From Octopus vulgaris (taxonomy: Eukaryota): DNA of 64,000 bases. The first letter of the stretch is position 1; each line of letters begins with the position of its first letter. Below the pieces are notes generated by a model. The model saw only the letters and a list, made by a program, of their open reading frames with translations, did no database searches and had not been told where the DNA came from. Both the position numbers and the translations under genes were made by a program. The DNA is taken from contig OX597819.1 in assembly GCA_951406725.2 (NCBI GenBank), positions 84,692,001-84,756,000 on the forward strand, in the 5' to 3' direction. Shown here piece after piece: positions 1 to 11,829 of this stretch.

Positions 1-31
1 TATATATACATACACGCATACATATATATAT

Positions 32-76
<45 letters not shown>

Positions 77-147
77 TCTACACACACACACATATATTTA
101 TATACAACGTTCAGATGGTGCTTTTTATGTACCACCGGCACGAGTAT

Positions 148-430
148 CATCATCATCATCATCGTTAAATGTCTGTTTTCCATGCTAGCATGGGTTGGAC
201 GGTTCGACCAGGGTCTGGGAAGCCAGAAGGCTGCACCAGGCTCCAGTCTCATCTGGCAGTGTTTCTATGGCTGGATGCCCTTCCTAACGCCAACCACTCT
301 GTGAGTGTAGTGGGTGCTTTTTACATGCCACCAGCACAGGTGCCAGGCAAAGCTGGCAACGGCCACGATCAGTTGGTGCTCTTTACATGCCACCGGCATG
401 GAAGCCAGTCAAGGCAGCACTGGATTTCCA
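148..430 (-). mobile_element. (CAT)n-tailed SINE family A copy (RTE-type tail)
   Basis: On + reads catcatcatcgttaaatgtctgttttccatgctagcatgggttggacgg...ctggatgcccttcctaacgccaaccac; near-identical blocks recur at 848, 3745 and 32505 and inverted at 19748 and 27040. Confidence 0.8.
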
Positions 431-551
431 TTTGATTTTTATTTTGATGTTGGTGTTGACGTACTTGACTCAATAGGTCTTCCCAAGAACAGTGGGTCAC
501 TCTACGATCCAAGGTCCAAATACATATATAAATATACAAATACATATATAA

Positions 552-592
<41 letters not shown>

Positions 593-598
<6 letters not shown>

Positions 599-754
599 TT
601 AAAAATAGGATAAAATCTTTAAAAGAATTTTTCAAGTAGTCAGCATGAAAAACTTTATAAGGGAAAATTTTTTCATTATTCCCTTTAAATATATTTATTT
701 ATATCAAGACACATAAAAATTCTTTTAAAGATTTTATCCTATTTTCAAATTGTA
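593..754. repeat. Short fold-back element with ~40-bp inverted arms
   Basis: tacaatttaaaaataggataaaatctttaaaagaattttt (593-632) vs aaaaattcttttaaagattttatcctattttcaaattgta (715-754), one mismatch. Confidence 0.75.
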
Positions 755-847
755 AATTTAACCGGAATATATTCAGTGCTGAATTTATTCTGAATATACA
801 CGTGTACTGAGATGCAATTCGAAAAGCCCACCTCTTACATAGATATA

Positions 848-1282
848 TCATCATTATCATCATCATCATCGTTTAACATCCGCTTTCCATGCTAGCATGG
901 GTTGGACGGTTCAACTGGGGTCTGGGAAGCCCGAAGACTGCACCAGGTCAGTCAGATCTGGCGGTGTTTCTACAGCTGGATGCCCTTCCTAACGCCAACC
1001 ACTCCATGAGTGTAGTGGGTGCTTTTTATGTGCCACCGACACAGGTGCCAGACGAGGCTGGCGAACGGCCATGCTCAGATGGTGTTTTTTACGTGCCACC
1101 AGCACGGAGACCAGGCGAGGCTGGCACGGCCACGATCGGATGGTGTTTGTTACGTGCCACCAGCATGGAGGCCAGTTAATGCGGTGCTGGCTACGGCCAC
1201 GTTCAGATGGTTCTCTTATGTGCCACCGGCACTGGTACCACAAACTACAAATTCCATCGATGTGGATCAATTTTGATTTTGG
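848..1282 (-). mobile_element. SINE family A copy with internal tandem ~55-bp units
   Basis: Same tail and core as 148-430; unit gtgccacc..gcac..ggctggc..cggccacg..cggatggtg repeated about 3 times. Confidence 0.85.
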
Positions 1283-1369
1283 TGAACAACTCTATATACT
1301 ATGCTGGATACAGTTGGTGTTTGTCTGGTATATTGATTTTTTGTTCATTTTTATGTGTCTTGATTATAC

Positions 1370-1429
1370 CTGCACTGATGATTAAAAAGTGCATTTTGTG
1401 CACTAATTATGAAATCATATGATTTGTGG
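1370..1429 (+). ncRNA. Decayed minimal type-I hammerhead ribozyme motif (Penelope-like element remnant)
   Basis: CTGCA-CTGATGA-[stem II containing AGTGCA/TGCACT]-GAA-ATCATATGAT(palindromic stem III)-T-TGTGG; stem I is 5 bp with two G:U pairs. Confidence 0.5.
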
Positions 1430-1569
1430 CTGAATCTGTTTTTAAGGAGCTCGCTTCGAGAGTTGCATTCCCTCGCATTCGGTACAATGTGTTTATTATA
1501 GTAGTTTTGACTTTAAGAGTCTCTCATAGCATGAGGCATTTATGTATAGTAATGCCCTTAATATAAATA

Positions 1570-1775
<206 letters not shown>

Positions 1776-1779
1776 ACTA

Positions 1780-2590
1780 TGTGTATGTATCTTTGTGCTC
1801 ACTGCTTGACAACCAATGTTGGTTAGTTCATGTCCCTATAACTTAGTAGTTCAGTAAAAAGAAACTGACAGAATAAATACCAGGCTTAAAAAGGAATAAC
1901 TATTGGGGTCGATTTTCTTTGACTAAACCTTTCAATGGTGGTACCATAACACGGCTGCAGTTCAATGACGGAAATAAGTAAAAGATAACAGATAAATTTC
2001 ATAGCATGACTGCTGATCTGTCCTAAGTTATAACATTTATCACTGACACCTTGATAAATTGACAACTCACTAATATCTAAAAGGTTATCAATTAGACACA
2101 AGCATGGCTGTGTGTTAAGAAGTTTGCTTTCCAACCCACATAGTTCCAGGTTCAATCCCACTGTGTGGCAACTTGGGAAAGTGTCTTCTACTATAGCCCT
2201 GGGCCAACCAAAGTCTTGTGAGTGGATATGGTAAAGAGAAACTGAAAGAAGTTTGTCATGTGTGTGTGCATCTATCTAGGTGTGTGTGTTTTTGTGCTTA
2301 TGGTTATCCACCATCACCACCTGAGAACCAGTTCTGGTTTGTTTACATTTCTTGTAACTTAACAGTTCAGCAAAAGAGACCAATATAATAAATATCAGGT
2401 TTAAAAAATAAAACTAAGTATTGGGATTGATTTGTTTAAGTAATCCTTTCAAAGTAATGTTCCAGCATGGCTGCAGTCTAATGACTGAAACAAGTAAAAG
2501 ATAAAAAAATAAAGATAAAAGGTATAGGTGTGGCTGGGTGGTAAGAAGTTTGCTTCGCAGCCACATGGTTCCAGGTTCAGTCTCACCATG
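1780..2590 (+). mobile_element. Cluster of tRNA-derived SINE family B copies (CORE-like centre, aaaagat tail)
   Basis: tRNA-like head tggctgtgtgttaag...ggttcaatcc, centre gtggcaacttgggaaagtgtcttctactatagcc, tail ccagcatggctgcagtctaatgactgaaacaagtaaaagat; partial copies at 1780-1990 and 2522-2590. Confidence 0.75.
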
Positions 2591-2757
2591 TGGGGCTCCA
2601 ATTAGGCAGCCTTTAGAAAAATAGACTCCCTTAGGACATTCCCTAGGATTAGGGGAGTTGCTGGTCTGAGTTTCGTTCTCCTTACACCAAGAGTCTTGGA
2701 GGAGTTAACGAACATAAAAACATAATGGACAGAGAAACAACACCCAAATTTATAATA

Positions 2758-2804
<47 letters not shown>

Positions 2805-2806
<2 letters not shown>

Positions 2807-3055
2807 CTCTACAATGTTGAAATAGGTTGCTTCAGTGAGGTCAATTAAGTATGTCATCAAATACATGCTAAAAGGAAATGAATGAGCTGCTATTCAAATA
2901 AACAATAATAATGAAATTAGTCAATATGTAATGGGTAGGAATAATGGACCATCAGAAGTAGTTGCATCCATTTTAGGATTTTCAATTCGTGAAAGAGCAC
3001 CTGCTGTAGTGAGTCTGCAAGTTCACCTACCAGATGAACAAAGAATATTGCTCAG
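2805..3055 (+). pseudogene. Helitron Rep-domain fragment (degenerate)
   Basis: Manual translation NVE/VASVRSIKYVIKYMLKGNE*AAIQINNNNEISQYVMGRNNGPSEVVASILGFSIRERAPAVVSLQVHLPDEQRI fits the RepHel motif INVE..SIKYxxKYxxKG..DEI..Y...EA..I.GF.IH.R.P.V..L.VHLP. Confidence 0.8.
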
Positions 3056-3504
3056 AAATATTGAGGATATATATGGCTGTCAATGAACAACATATGTGAA
3101 CAACATTGACATATAAAAGGAAGATAAAAGATACAGTAAAGAATTATCCAAACATTTCAGTACTACTTAGTCTTAAAGATGCTACAGTTGAAAACTACAC
3201 AGGATGGTCAAAGTTGGAATGCCTTTAATCATAGGTCTGTTTCCATAGAAAACGATCTGCAGCTAAACAGTAATATGGTATTAAATCAAACCATAAAATT
3301 GCTTTCAGAGACAAACAATAGAGGAGAGAGGAGCGGCAGAACTCGTTTTGTTTCACTTTAACCAGGAGATTAAAAAAAAAGTCCTGTTTCCAGTGAGTGT
3401 GAAAATATATTCCTTTTAAAATTGACCGAGAGATATAATTTGTGAAGGAAGAAACAAACAAACGATTCTCACTGAAGAACTTATAGATACAACTTCCTAA
3501 TTGG

Positions 3505-3710
3505 TATATATTGGTTTCAAATTTTGGCACAAGGTCAGCAATTTTGGGGAGAGGGTTAAGTCAATTACATCAACCCCCAGTGTTCAACTGGTACTCATGT
3601 TATCAACCCTTAAAGGAGGAAAGGCAGAGTCGACTGCCACAGAATTTGAACTCAGAATGTAAAGATGGACAAAATGCTTAGTGGCATTTTGCCCAGTGTG
3701 CTCACAGCCT
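3505..3710 (-). mobile_element. Degenerate SINE family C copy
   Basis: caacccccagtgttcaactggtactcatgttatcaacccttaaaggaggaaaggcagagtcgac...gaatttgaactcagaa, homologous to 7024-7500. Confidence 0.7.
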
Positions 3711-3744
3711 TTTTATCAATATATATTAAAAGGCTTTTATTAAT

Positions 3745-4170
3745 ATCATCATCATCATCATCATTTAACATCCGTTTTCCATGCTAGCATGGGTTGGATG
3801 GTTCAACTGGGGTCTGGGAAGTCAGAAGGCTGCGCCAGGCCCAGTCTGATCTGGCAGTGTTTCTACAGCTGGATGCCCTTCCTAACACCAGCCACTCCAT
3901 GAGTGTAGTGGGTGCTTTTTACGTGCCAGACGAGGCTGGCAAACGGCCACAATCGGATGGTGCTTTTTACGTGTCACCGGCACGGGGGCCAGACGAGGCT
4001 GGCAACGGCCACAATCGGATGGTGCTTTTTACGTGTCACCGACACGGAGGCCAGTCGGGGTGGCGCTGGCAACGGCCACGTTCGGATGGTTCTCTTACAT
4101 GCCACCGGCACTGGTATCACAGCAACAATTTCCATTGATGTTGATCGATTTTGATTTCGATTTTGATTGA
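3745..4170 (-). mobile_element. SINE family A copy
   Basis: (cat)n tail, shared core and internal tandem units. Confidence 0.85.
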
Positions 4171-4199
4171 TATATATTAAAAAAAGTTGAAGCAACATT

Positions 4200-4545
4200 T
4201 AACTTTTTTTTTCTACTTGTTTCACTCATAGGACTGTGGCCATGCCGGGGCACTGCCATAATGGATTTATTCAAACAAATTCAACCTCGTTACACACTTT
4301 TTTCATCTGGTACTTATTCTTTCAGTCTCTTTTGCTGAACTCCTATGCTATGACGATGTAAACAAACCAACACCAGTTGTCAAGTGGTGGTGGGATACAA
4401 ATGCAAACACACACACAATGGGCTTCCATCAACCAAATTCAATTACAAGGCATTGGTCAGCTTGGAACAATAGTAGAAAACGTTTGTCCAAGGTGCTGTG
4501 CAGGACTGAACTCACAACCATCTTGGTTGCAAAGCAAGTTTCCTG
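4200..4545 (-). mobile_element. Degenerate SINE family B copy
   Basis: tacttgtttcactcataggactgtggccatgccggggcac...ggactgaactcacaacc, homologous to 17110-17530. Confidence 0.65.
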
Positions 4546-4676
4546 AGAATCTACAACAGTTGAGTGACTAAAATAAAACCCAAAACACATTTTTCTATTC
4601 TACATATGAAACCAAAATGTCAAAAAATTTCTACCACTTAAGTCAAACATATTAACGAGAGCTAAATATTTCCTAA

Positions 4677-6398
4677 ATGTGCACAATCTTAGCAAAATGT
4701 GTGCACATTGAATACTGTGGCCCTTGGATCACCATGTCTTCTTCGTCTTGCAATATTGTGTGTCAAGAATGTGAACAATCCCATTTTTCTAAAAGGTCTT
4801 GCAATACCATTGAAACATGTTTTACTATCTTTATAAGCCAGAATCTTCTTCAAGTAATTCGTAAATGGACAAATGTTGATGGTCAAGTTGTATACAAAGA
4901 TAAATGGAAGGAAATTGATCACTCTGAACTAAAGAAATTTACTGGACTGATTATTCTTATAGGTGTTTATAATTCTAAACATGAAAATGTCACACAGTTA
5001 TGGAGTCAAGAAGATGGCCGCCCAATATTCAACAAAATTATGAGCCGGAGAAGATTTCAACAGATTTTACAAGCATTGTGTTTTGATGATGCTAGTGCAA
5101 GAAGGAAAAAGAGAAGTGATGATAAATTGGAGCCCGTGAGAGAAGTATTTGAAATGTGGAACCAGAATTTGCTAGATGGATGTGTTTCAAGTTCATGCAT
5201 GTCAGTTAATGAACAATTAGTTTCTTTCAGAGGGCGTTGCCCATTCCGAGTATATATTCCTTCAAAACCAGGGAAATCTGGAATTAAAATTTGGGCAATA
5301 TGTGACAATGAAACCTCTTATGCCTGGAAAAGGCAAAATCTACACTGGAAAAGACCCAGTAAAAGGGAGAAAGACAAATCAAGGTTCAAGAGTTGTTGAA
5401 GATCAAGTAAAAGAACTTGAAAATACTGGTCGTAATATAACTTGTGATAATTTTTTTACAAGTCTAAGATTGGCTTGAAAGCTGCTTAGCAAGAAACCTA
5501 CTTTAATTGGAACAATTAGAAAGAATATGGTTGAACTTCCAGGTGCTTTCACAAATGGAAAAGGAAAAGAAAACAACAGCACAATATTTGGATTTCAAAA
5601 GGATTCTATGATCCTATCGTACTGTCCCAAGAAAAATTATGTAGTCACACTTATGAGTACAATGCCCTCTCAGCCTTCAATTGATCCAAAAAGTGCTGAA
5701 AAGAAACCTGAAGTCATTACGTTACAACAAAACAAAAGGAGGAGTAGATACCCGAGATAAGATGGTAAGAACATACACTTGCAAGAGAATGATCCAAAGA
5801 CGACCTATGGTTATATTCTACAATATGATTGATATAAGTGCAGTGAATGCTTTCATTGTTGCTAAACAGTTTCACTTGCAAAATTTCAAGGATAAAAGAA
5901 GGCAGTGCCTAATTCAGTTAGGAAAGGAACTTGCTGGAGTTAATGCTGAACAAGAACATGACAAACAATCTTCTAGTTCTGCTAACATTTCTCAACCAAA
6001 CAAGAAAAGAAGACAATCTTCAACCTCAGCCAAAGAAAAAATGGAGATGTTCATTGTGTGACACCCCCACCCCCAAAAAAAGACAGGAAAACTCATACTA
6101 CATGTAAGAATTGTAATATCTATGTTTGCCAAGAACATTCTAATGTTGTCTGCATTCACTGCCATGAAGAGCTGTAATTCTGTATTTTTGTAATTTAAAA
6201 AATTTTTAATATATTCTGTAAGATGTATTTTAGTATTAAAATCTGTGAGAAACAGTAATTCTTCATTCACCTGATAGCATATATAATGTAGCTAGGAAAT
6301 AGTATTAGTTTGAATAAAATTTAATTAAAAGAAAAATATTGGGTCCACTGGACCCAGTTGATAATTAGTGACATACATTTTCTCTGGTAGACCAAGGG
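4677..6398 (+). mobile_element. piggyBac (PGBD4-like) transposon, frameshifted transposase pseudogene with right terminus
   Basis: Motifs IMSRRRFQQILQALCFDD, VNEQLVSFRGRCPFRVYIPSKPGKSGIKIW, RNITCDNFFTS, YNKTKGGVDTRDKM, VIFYNMIDISAVNAF and a C-terminal Cys-rich tail, split over frames; ends ...ccaaggg|TTAA at 6399-6402. Confidence 0.92.
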
Positions 6399-7023
6399 TT
6401 AACTTGTGTGACAAGTACTACTGTTTTTCATGCAAAGTAATTTCTTAACAGTAATTTCTCTTTCAGATAGACTATACTGGCCAATAAAATCAATTCTATG
6501 CTTTGCAGAGTAAAACTGATCAAAATTTCTCTAAAGTTGTGTCCCATTCTTCCTGAATTAATTTAAATAGTAGTCGTTGATTAAATATTGTCTTTTACTC
6601 ACAACATAAATTGTCTCTTAGCCTTTTAATTTTCACTGCATTAAATGTTAGCACAAACTTTATCATCTCACCCACCCCTGCATACAAGCAATTTCAGAAA
6701 TTCTTTCTCTCAACTGTTACTAACCCAATGGGATAAAATTACAATTTTCCAAATTCCTTTCATCCATCAAATTCAAGACATTTAATTCTACAGTCTTCAC
6801 TCCACTCAGTTGTTGGTAGTATGTACTAATATAAGCTGACTCCCAAAGTAAAAAAAAAATATTTATTTCCCATATACTTTATGGGCGAAGGGGGGGGGGG
6901 GGGAGACTCCTTAAAATGCTTATAGGAACTAGGAAGGTACTGGTATATTTTACATAAATGTTTTACATAAACGCAAGATTTCATATCTAATAAGTAAAGG
7001 CATCATCACTATCATTAACTATT

Positions 7024-7500
7024 CTTTTCTACTCTAGACACAATGCCCGAAATTTTGGGGAAGGGTGGCCAGTCGATTAGATCGACCCCAGTACGAAACT
7101 GGTACTTAATTTATCGACCACGAAAGGGTGAAAGGCAAATTCGATCTCGGCGGAATTTGAACTCAGAACGTAAAGACAGACGAAATACCTATTTCTTTAT
7201 TACCCACAAGGGGCTAAACATAGAGGGGACAAACAAGGACAGACAGGTATTAAGTCGATTACATCGACCCCAATGCGTAACTGGTACTTAATTTATCGAC
7301 CCCGAAAGGATGAAAGGCAAAGTCGACCTCGGCGGAATTTGAACTCAGAATGTAACGGCAGACGAAATACCTATTTCTTTACTACCCACAAGGGGCTAAA
7401 CACAGAGAGGACAAACAAGGACAGACAGAACGTAACGGCAGACGAAAAACCGCTTAGCATTTCGCACTGCGTGCTAACGTTTCTGCCAGCTCGCTGCCTT
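7024..7500 (-). mobile_element. Young tRNA-derived SINE family C with internal duplication, 16-bp TSD
   Basis: TSD ACTATCATTAACTATT at 7008-7023 and 7501-7516; head AAGGCAGCGAGCTGGCAGAAACGTTAGCACG; B-box-like GAGTTCAAATTCC plus gcctttcatcctttcggggtcgataaa core present twice. Confidence 0.9.
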
Positions 7501-8587
7501 ACTATCATTAACTATTAAACCTTTTGTTACTATATTTCTGTTGAAAAATATCCTGCCTTTGTTTCAATTAATTTTGGAAATAATGAAGAATTTATTAAAA
7601 TAACTTTGTCATTATTAAGCAGGTGTTTGGAACATGAATTAAAATGAAATTTTGACCACTTTAAAACTGTAAATTAAAGGCAGTTTTAGGCAGGTTGATA
7701 CCAAAAGCAGCGGAAGGACATAGAAAAATTACTTTGTGGAATTTGTTCTTGGTTCTTTATATTTTGAGCTCAACTTTACTTTTCATCCTTTCAAGGTCTC
7801 CAACTAACTCATTGACCTCAAAGGGCGAGAAACTATGACTAAGGTAATGAAAATTTCAAGGAAATTAGAGAAGCTCACTGTGAGCTGTCTAAAATTTCAA
7901 GCAAAACCTTTATAATAGTTTTGTCCTCTTACATAAGTGATTTCAAATCTCAATAAGAATGACTTCATCATTTCCCCGGCTAATATCTAATTACTGTTGT
8001 TCTCTTATAATTCAATTCGCATTTAACAATGCATGATAGGAATATGTATCGACCCCAGCAATTCACAGATTTTGTTTTTATCGAATTCGAAATTATAAAA
8101 GACTAATTTCACTGCGGCGGTATTTGAACCCAGAAAAGTTTAAGTATGGTAACAAAATACTGAGAGGCATTTTTGTTAGATGCTCTAACGATTCTGATAA
8201 TCAGGCACTGCGACAGAAATAATCAAAGATAATAAATACCAATAATAAAAATTATGCGTATAATGATAAAATACCAGTCAAATATTAACATTTGATGTGA
8301 AAAGAATAACAAGAAATCTTGATAAATTTGATATATAAATGAATCAAACAGGAATTTCTTTTTGATTTAAGTTAAAAGAATAAATTTGTTGACGGATGTA
8401 ATCTACTGTTCACCTCGACATTAGTTCTAATTTTTTCGAAGAGAGAAAAGCAAAATCGACCACGTGGGATTTGAACGCAAAGCTAAATAAGCAAAGCATT
8501 TGAACTAGTATTCTGTTGTCTTAGCCCTCACAACAGGTGTCCTTAAGGAGAGAGAGAGAGAGTAAATAAATATGTTACTGAACTTAC

Positions 8588-8951
8588 GAAAACATTTTTG
8601 ACAGTCTTGAAGACAGTCTACGCGTCCCAAGTATTCTAAATAATCACACAACTTGCCCATCGTGGCAGTTGTATGGAAAGTAGAATTCCACTCGTCCAGC
8701 AAGACCGAAGTTGGATCGGAAGCTGTCTCAAACTGCTTAACATCAAGATAATCAAATCCAATCAATTCTGCCAAACCACGAAAATCGGGACATTGTCCGT
8801 TATGACTGAGAATTTCGCTTTTTATGTTTATATGTCTAGCAAGTTGTTTCCTGGAGGACACACGCAAAACGTTTTGCAATGGATAATCACACTGTGTTTC
8901 TGTCCAGTTAAACATCTTTTTCCACTTATCGTAACTTTCTTCAAAAGCCAT
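8588..8951 (-). CDS. MYD88: Myeloid differentiation primary response protein MyD88, coding exon 1 (death domain)
   Basis: MAFEES...LRVSSRKQLARHIN...DFRGLAELIGFDYLDVKQFETASDPTSVLLDEW...TMGKLCDYLEYLGRVDCL matches the MyD88 death domain (human [33 protein letters not shown]...[17 protein letters not shown]); ATG at 8951 (track start 9017 is GTG); donor GTAAGT at 8587-8582, phase 1. Confidence 0.9.
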
Positions 8952-9620
8952 CACCGTATGATCGTGATTGAAAACCAAAACTATAGAACTGTACTTCTTA
9001 ACTCCGATAAAATCCACTCCTCTTTAACATCCGTTTTTGTCACACTATATGCGAGACGGGAGACGATAAAGAAAATAAATATACAATATCTACGATTATC
9101 ATAAAAGTTATAAAGTACTTCCCTATCCGGGCAAGTGTGATGTCACAGATTAAATTAGGTTAAAAAAGTTTAAACAGCTGGGAAAAATGTTAATTTTTGG
9201 TGGCGCAAGCGGTTCTTTTAAAATATATCGCTATAAAAAGCTACCCACCCACACGCACAAAATATAATATAATACAATCTGTAATCATTTATTTACATGA
9301 AGGAAAATTACCGGAGAACTTTCATCTAATTCTTCCTAATCTTTCTGTTAAAACTATTGAAACCGTTTATGAGGAATAATATAATTAGACTGGGTTTTAG
9401 AATAGCTATCAACACTAACGAGAAGGAAAAGGGTGGTTTTTCCATAGATTCTTTATTATTCGTGTTTTTCATAACAGGTATTAACGGGTTTGAAATTGGA
9501 ATTACGGTTGTTTTTTTTAATCCAAAAGTCTTGTTTATATTTTCGCGCGCGCACACACACATATATCGTCGGTGAAACATAAATCCGAAAAAGAAGCACA
9601 CTCTAAGCTATAGAGCAATA
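8952..9620 (-). promoter_or_regulatory. Probable MyD88 5'UTR and promoter region (CpG-retaining)
   Basis: Directly upstream of the first coding exon; CpG visibly more frequent than in bulk intronic DNA (e.g. tttcgcgcgcgc at 9541); TSS not determinable. Confidence 0.45.
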
Positions 9621-9630
9621 TATTATATAA

Positions 9631-9855
9631 ATAAAGTTAGATAAAGCCGGTTTATGAGATTACCCTGAGTTTCACGTCCATAAAGCTCTTAACTTTACTT
9701 CGTATCATCAGATCCCAAACCTGGCCATAAGCCAACAGGTTTGGGATCACCTGGCCATAAGCCAACAGGTTTGGGATCTAATGATACGCTGTAAAACTTA
9801 GCGTTTTATGGACGCTTTATGGGTAAACCCATAAACCGACTTTATCTAACTTTAT
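9631..9855. repeat. Fold-back/MITE-like palindrome with a central perfect 30-bp tandem duplication
   Basis: ataaagttagataaagccggtttatg...cataaaccgactttatctaactttat; ACCTGGCCATAAGCCAACAGGTTTGGGATC at 9719-9748 and 9749-9778. Confidence 0.85.
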
Positions 9856-10121
9856 ATATATACACACATACACACACTGGCTGAGTATTCCGTCGTTGTA
9901 GGATAATTTTCACAATAGAATGTCTTGGCAGACTATCGGAAAAACACACCCACATAAGTTGGATTTTCTCCGTTTTGACGAAGATTTTTCAATTTTTTTT
10001 TCACCACACCTTTTCAAATGAAGCTTTTTATGAAAACTTTTTTGAAAATTTATGAACGTCTTCTCTTCCCTTCCGAACCGATTTTGTCCGTTATTTTTAT
10101 TTATTTTTGCACTACGCACTT

Positions 10122-11308
10122 TCATTTCATTTCATTTCATTTGAGTTTGAGTCCATGCTCAGGCCAAGTCGAAGACTCCACCCTCGGAGTCTGGTGTGGT
10201 TGCCAGGTTGTATTCTCTGTTTAATTTTGACATGTGTAGGAGCGAGTTTGAGTCAGTTTGTGCTCGTTGTGTATATCCTGGGAGATGGGGTTCATCTCTA
10301 ATGGTGCTTAAGTATCTATCCAGCTGCAATTTGAATGATTCCACACTGCATCCTGATAGGTTTCTGACATGTACCAGAATGGAGTTGAATAGTTGTGCTC
10401 CTCGAACCAACAGACTTGATTCTCGCAGGGTTTTTGCTGCCTTTTTGATTGGTGGTAGCTGGCAGCGTCTTCCGTGGCGCAGTGAGTGGTAGGTTTTGAT
10501 ACCAAAGTTTGGCACCTTTTGCTCTATCATTTTCCAAATGTATATAATTCGGTATCGCTCAAATCTTCTTTCTATTGAGTACATCCTCAAGGTTTTGAGT
10601 CTTTGCCAATAGTCCAGGTCCCTCGTTTCTGAGAAGTATGAGGTAAAATTTCTTTGGAGCGATTCCATCTTAGATAGTTGGCCCTTTGTTGTTGGTGACC
10701 ACAACTGAGAACAGTAGTCAATCCTCGGAAGTATCATACTGTTCCAGAGGGCTTTCATTGTTGAGGTATCTCTTGATTTGAAGGTGCGCAAGATCCACCC
10801 GCTGTACTTTCTTGCAGTAAGACAGACTGAGTCAAGGTGTTCTCTGAATTTTAGGTTGGTTCCCATGTGGATGCCTAAATCTTTCACATACTGTTTTTCC
10901 ATTATTTGTTGTCCTGATGGGTTTCTGTAGTTTGTTGTATTTTTCAGATCTTGATCTGTTCCGTAGCGAATTAGTTCAAACTTCTTATCATTGAACAACA
11001 TGTTGTTTGTTTCCTGCCATTTATATATGGTGGTCAGGTCCTTTTGTAAGGCCTCTGTATCCACCTCGTCTTTGATTTGTCTCATGAGCCTGGTGTCATC
11101 AGCAAAGGATGAGACGTTGCTGGTTGTATCTTCATCTATGTCAGAGATGAGGATGAGAAACAGGATTGGGCCGAGTACTGTACCCTGAGGAACACTGTTG
11201 GTCACAGGTGATGGTGTTGAATGGGTTCCATTCACAGTGACTGTTTGAGTTCTATTTATAAGGAACTCATGTATCCATGTACCAACTTTTCCTCCTACTC
11301 CTAGCTTT
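10122..11308 (-). mobile_element. 5'-truncated CR1/L2-group LINE with uninterrupted ORF2 C-terminus (RT)
   Basis: 358-aa ORF with VPQGTVLGPILF, SFADDT, KDLGI, PRIDYCSQLWSP, SIERRFERY; stop at 10159, very short 3'UTR, then (AAATG)n tail. Confidence 0.93.
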
Positions 11309-11829
11309 CGAAGCTAAAAGCAGTGAGAAGCGCCTTTTCGGTCACAAAAGACATTTTGAAAAATTTATAATTTTTTTCAAACTCAACACCGATTATGGCT
11401 TATTTTATCGAAAGAATACTTGTTTGTTTTTTTTCTTTTTTTTTTTTTCCTACACACTTAAAAACGAAGGGAGAACCTTGAAAGTTAAAAAAAATTTTGG
11501 AAATCGGTGATCAACATTATAATCCCCTCTTCTGCGATATACTTTTATAGAGAGTGAGAAAGTTTGCCGTGAGAAAATGAAACAGACAAATAGAGAGAGA
11601 AAGAAAGATCTTTTCTGATGCTGTTACAGGTTTTGAAATTTTATAAATAAGTGAAAATTTTCAAATTTGGTATATTTATGTACTTTTTCACGTTGAAGAA
11701 TGTTACAGACGTTTAAAGTATGATCATTTTTACCCAATCAGAGAACAGGCTTTGAAAGCTTAGCATTCTGTACTTGATAAACTGTGTATCATAAAATGAA
11801 AGTAAACATCAAAAGAGGCAATTTTAAAC

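Noticed and set aside
169-1385. Overlapping 70-105-aa ORFs, repeated at 3794-4198 and 32557-33094
   Set aside because: Readings of SINE family A; GC-rich repeats lack stops
8505-9017. 170-aa single-exon death-domain-only protein as in the ORF track
   Set aside because: The track start is GTG; a strong GTAAGT donor at the conserved position means the last ~27 aa are intron read-through
9110-9445. NF-kB-like sites upstream of MyD88 (GGGAAGTACT, GGAAAAACCA on minus)
   Set aside because: Imperfect matches expected by chance; no supporting evidence
9719-9778. CRISPR-like repeat
   Set aside because: Only two abutting copies with no spacer, in eukaryotic DNA with no cas genes
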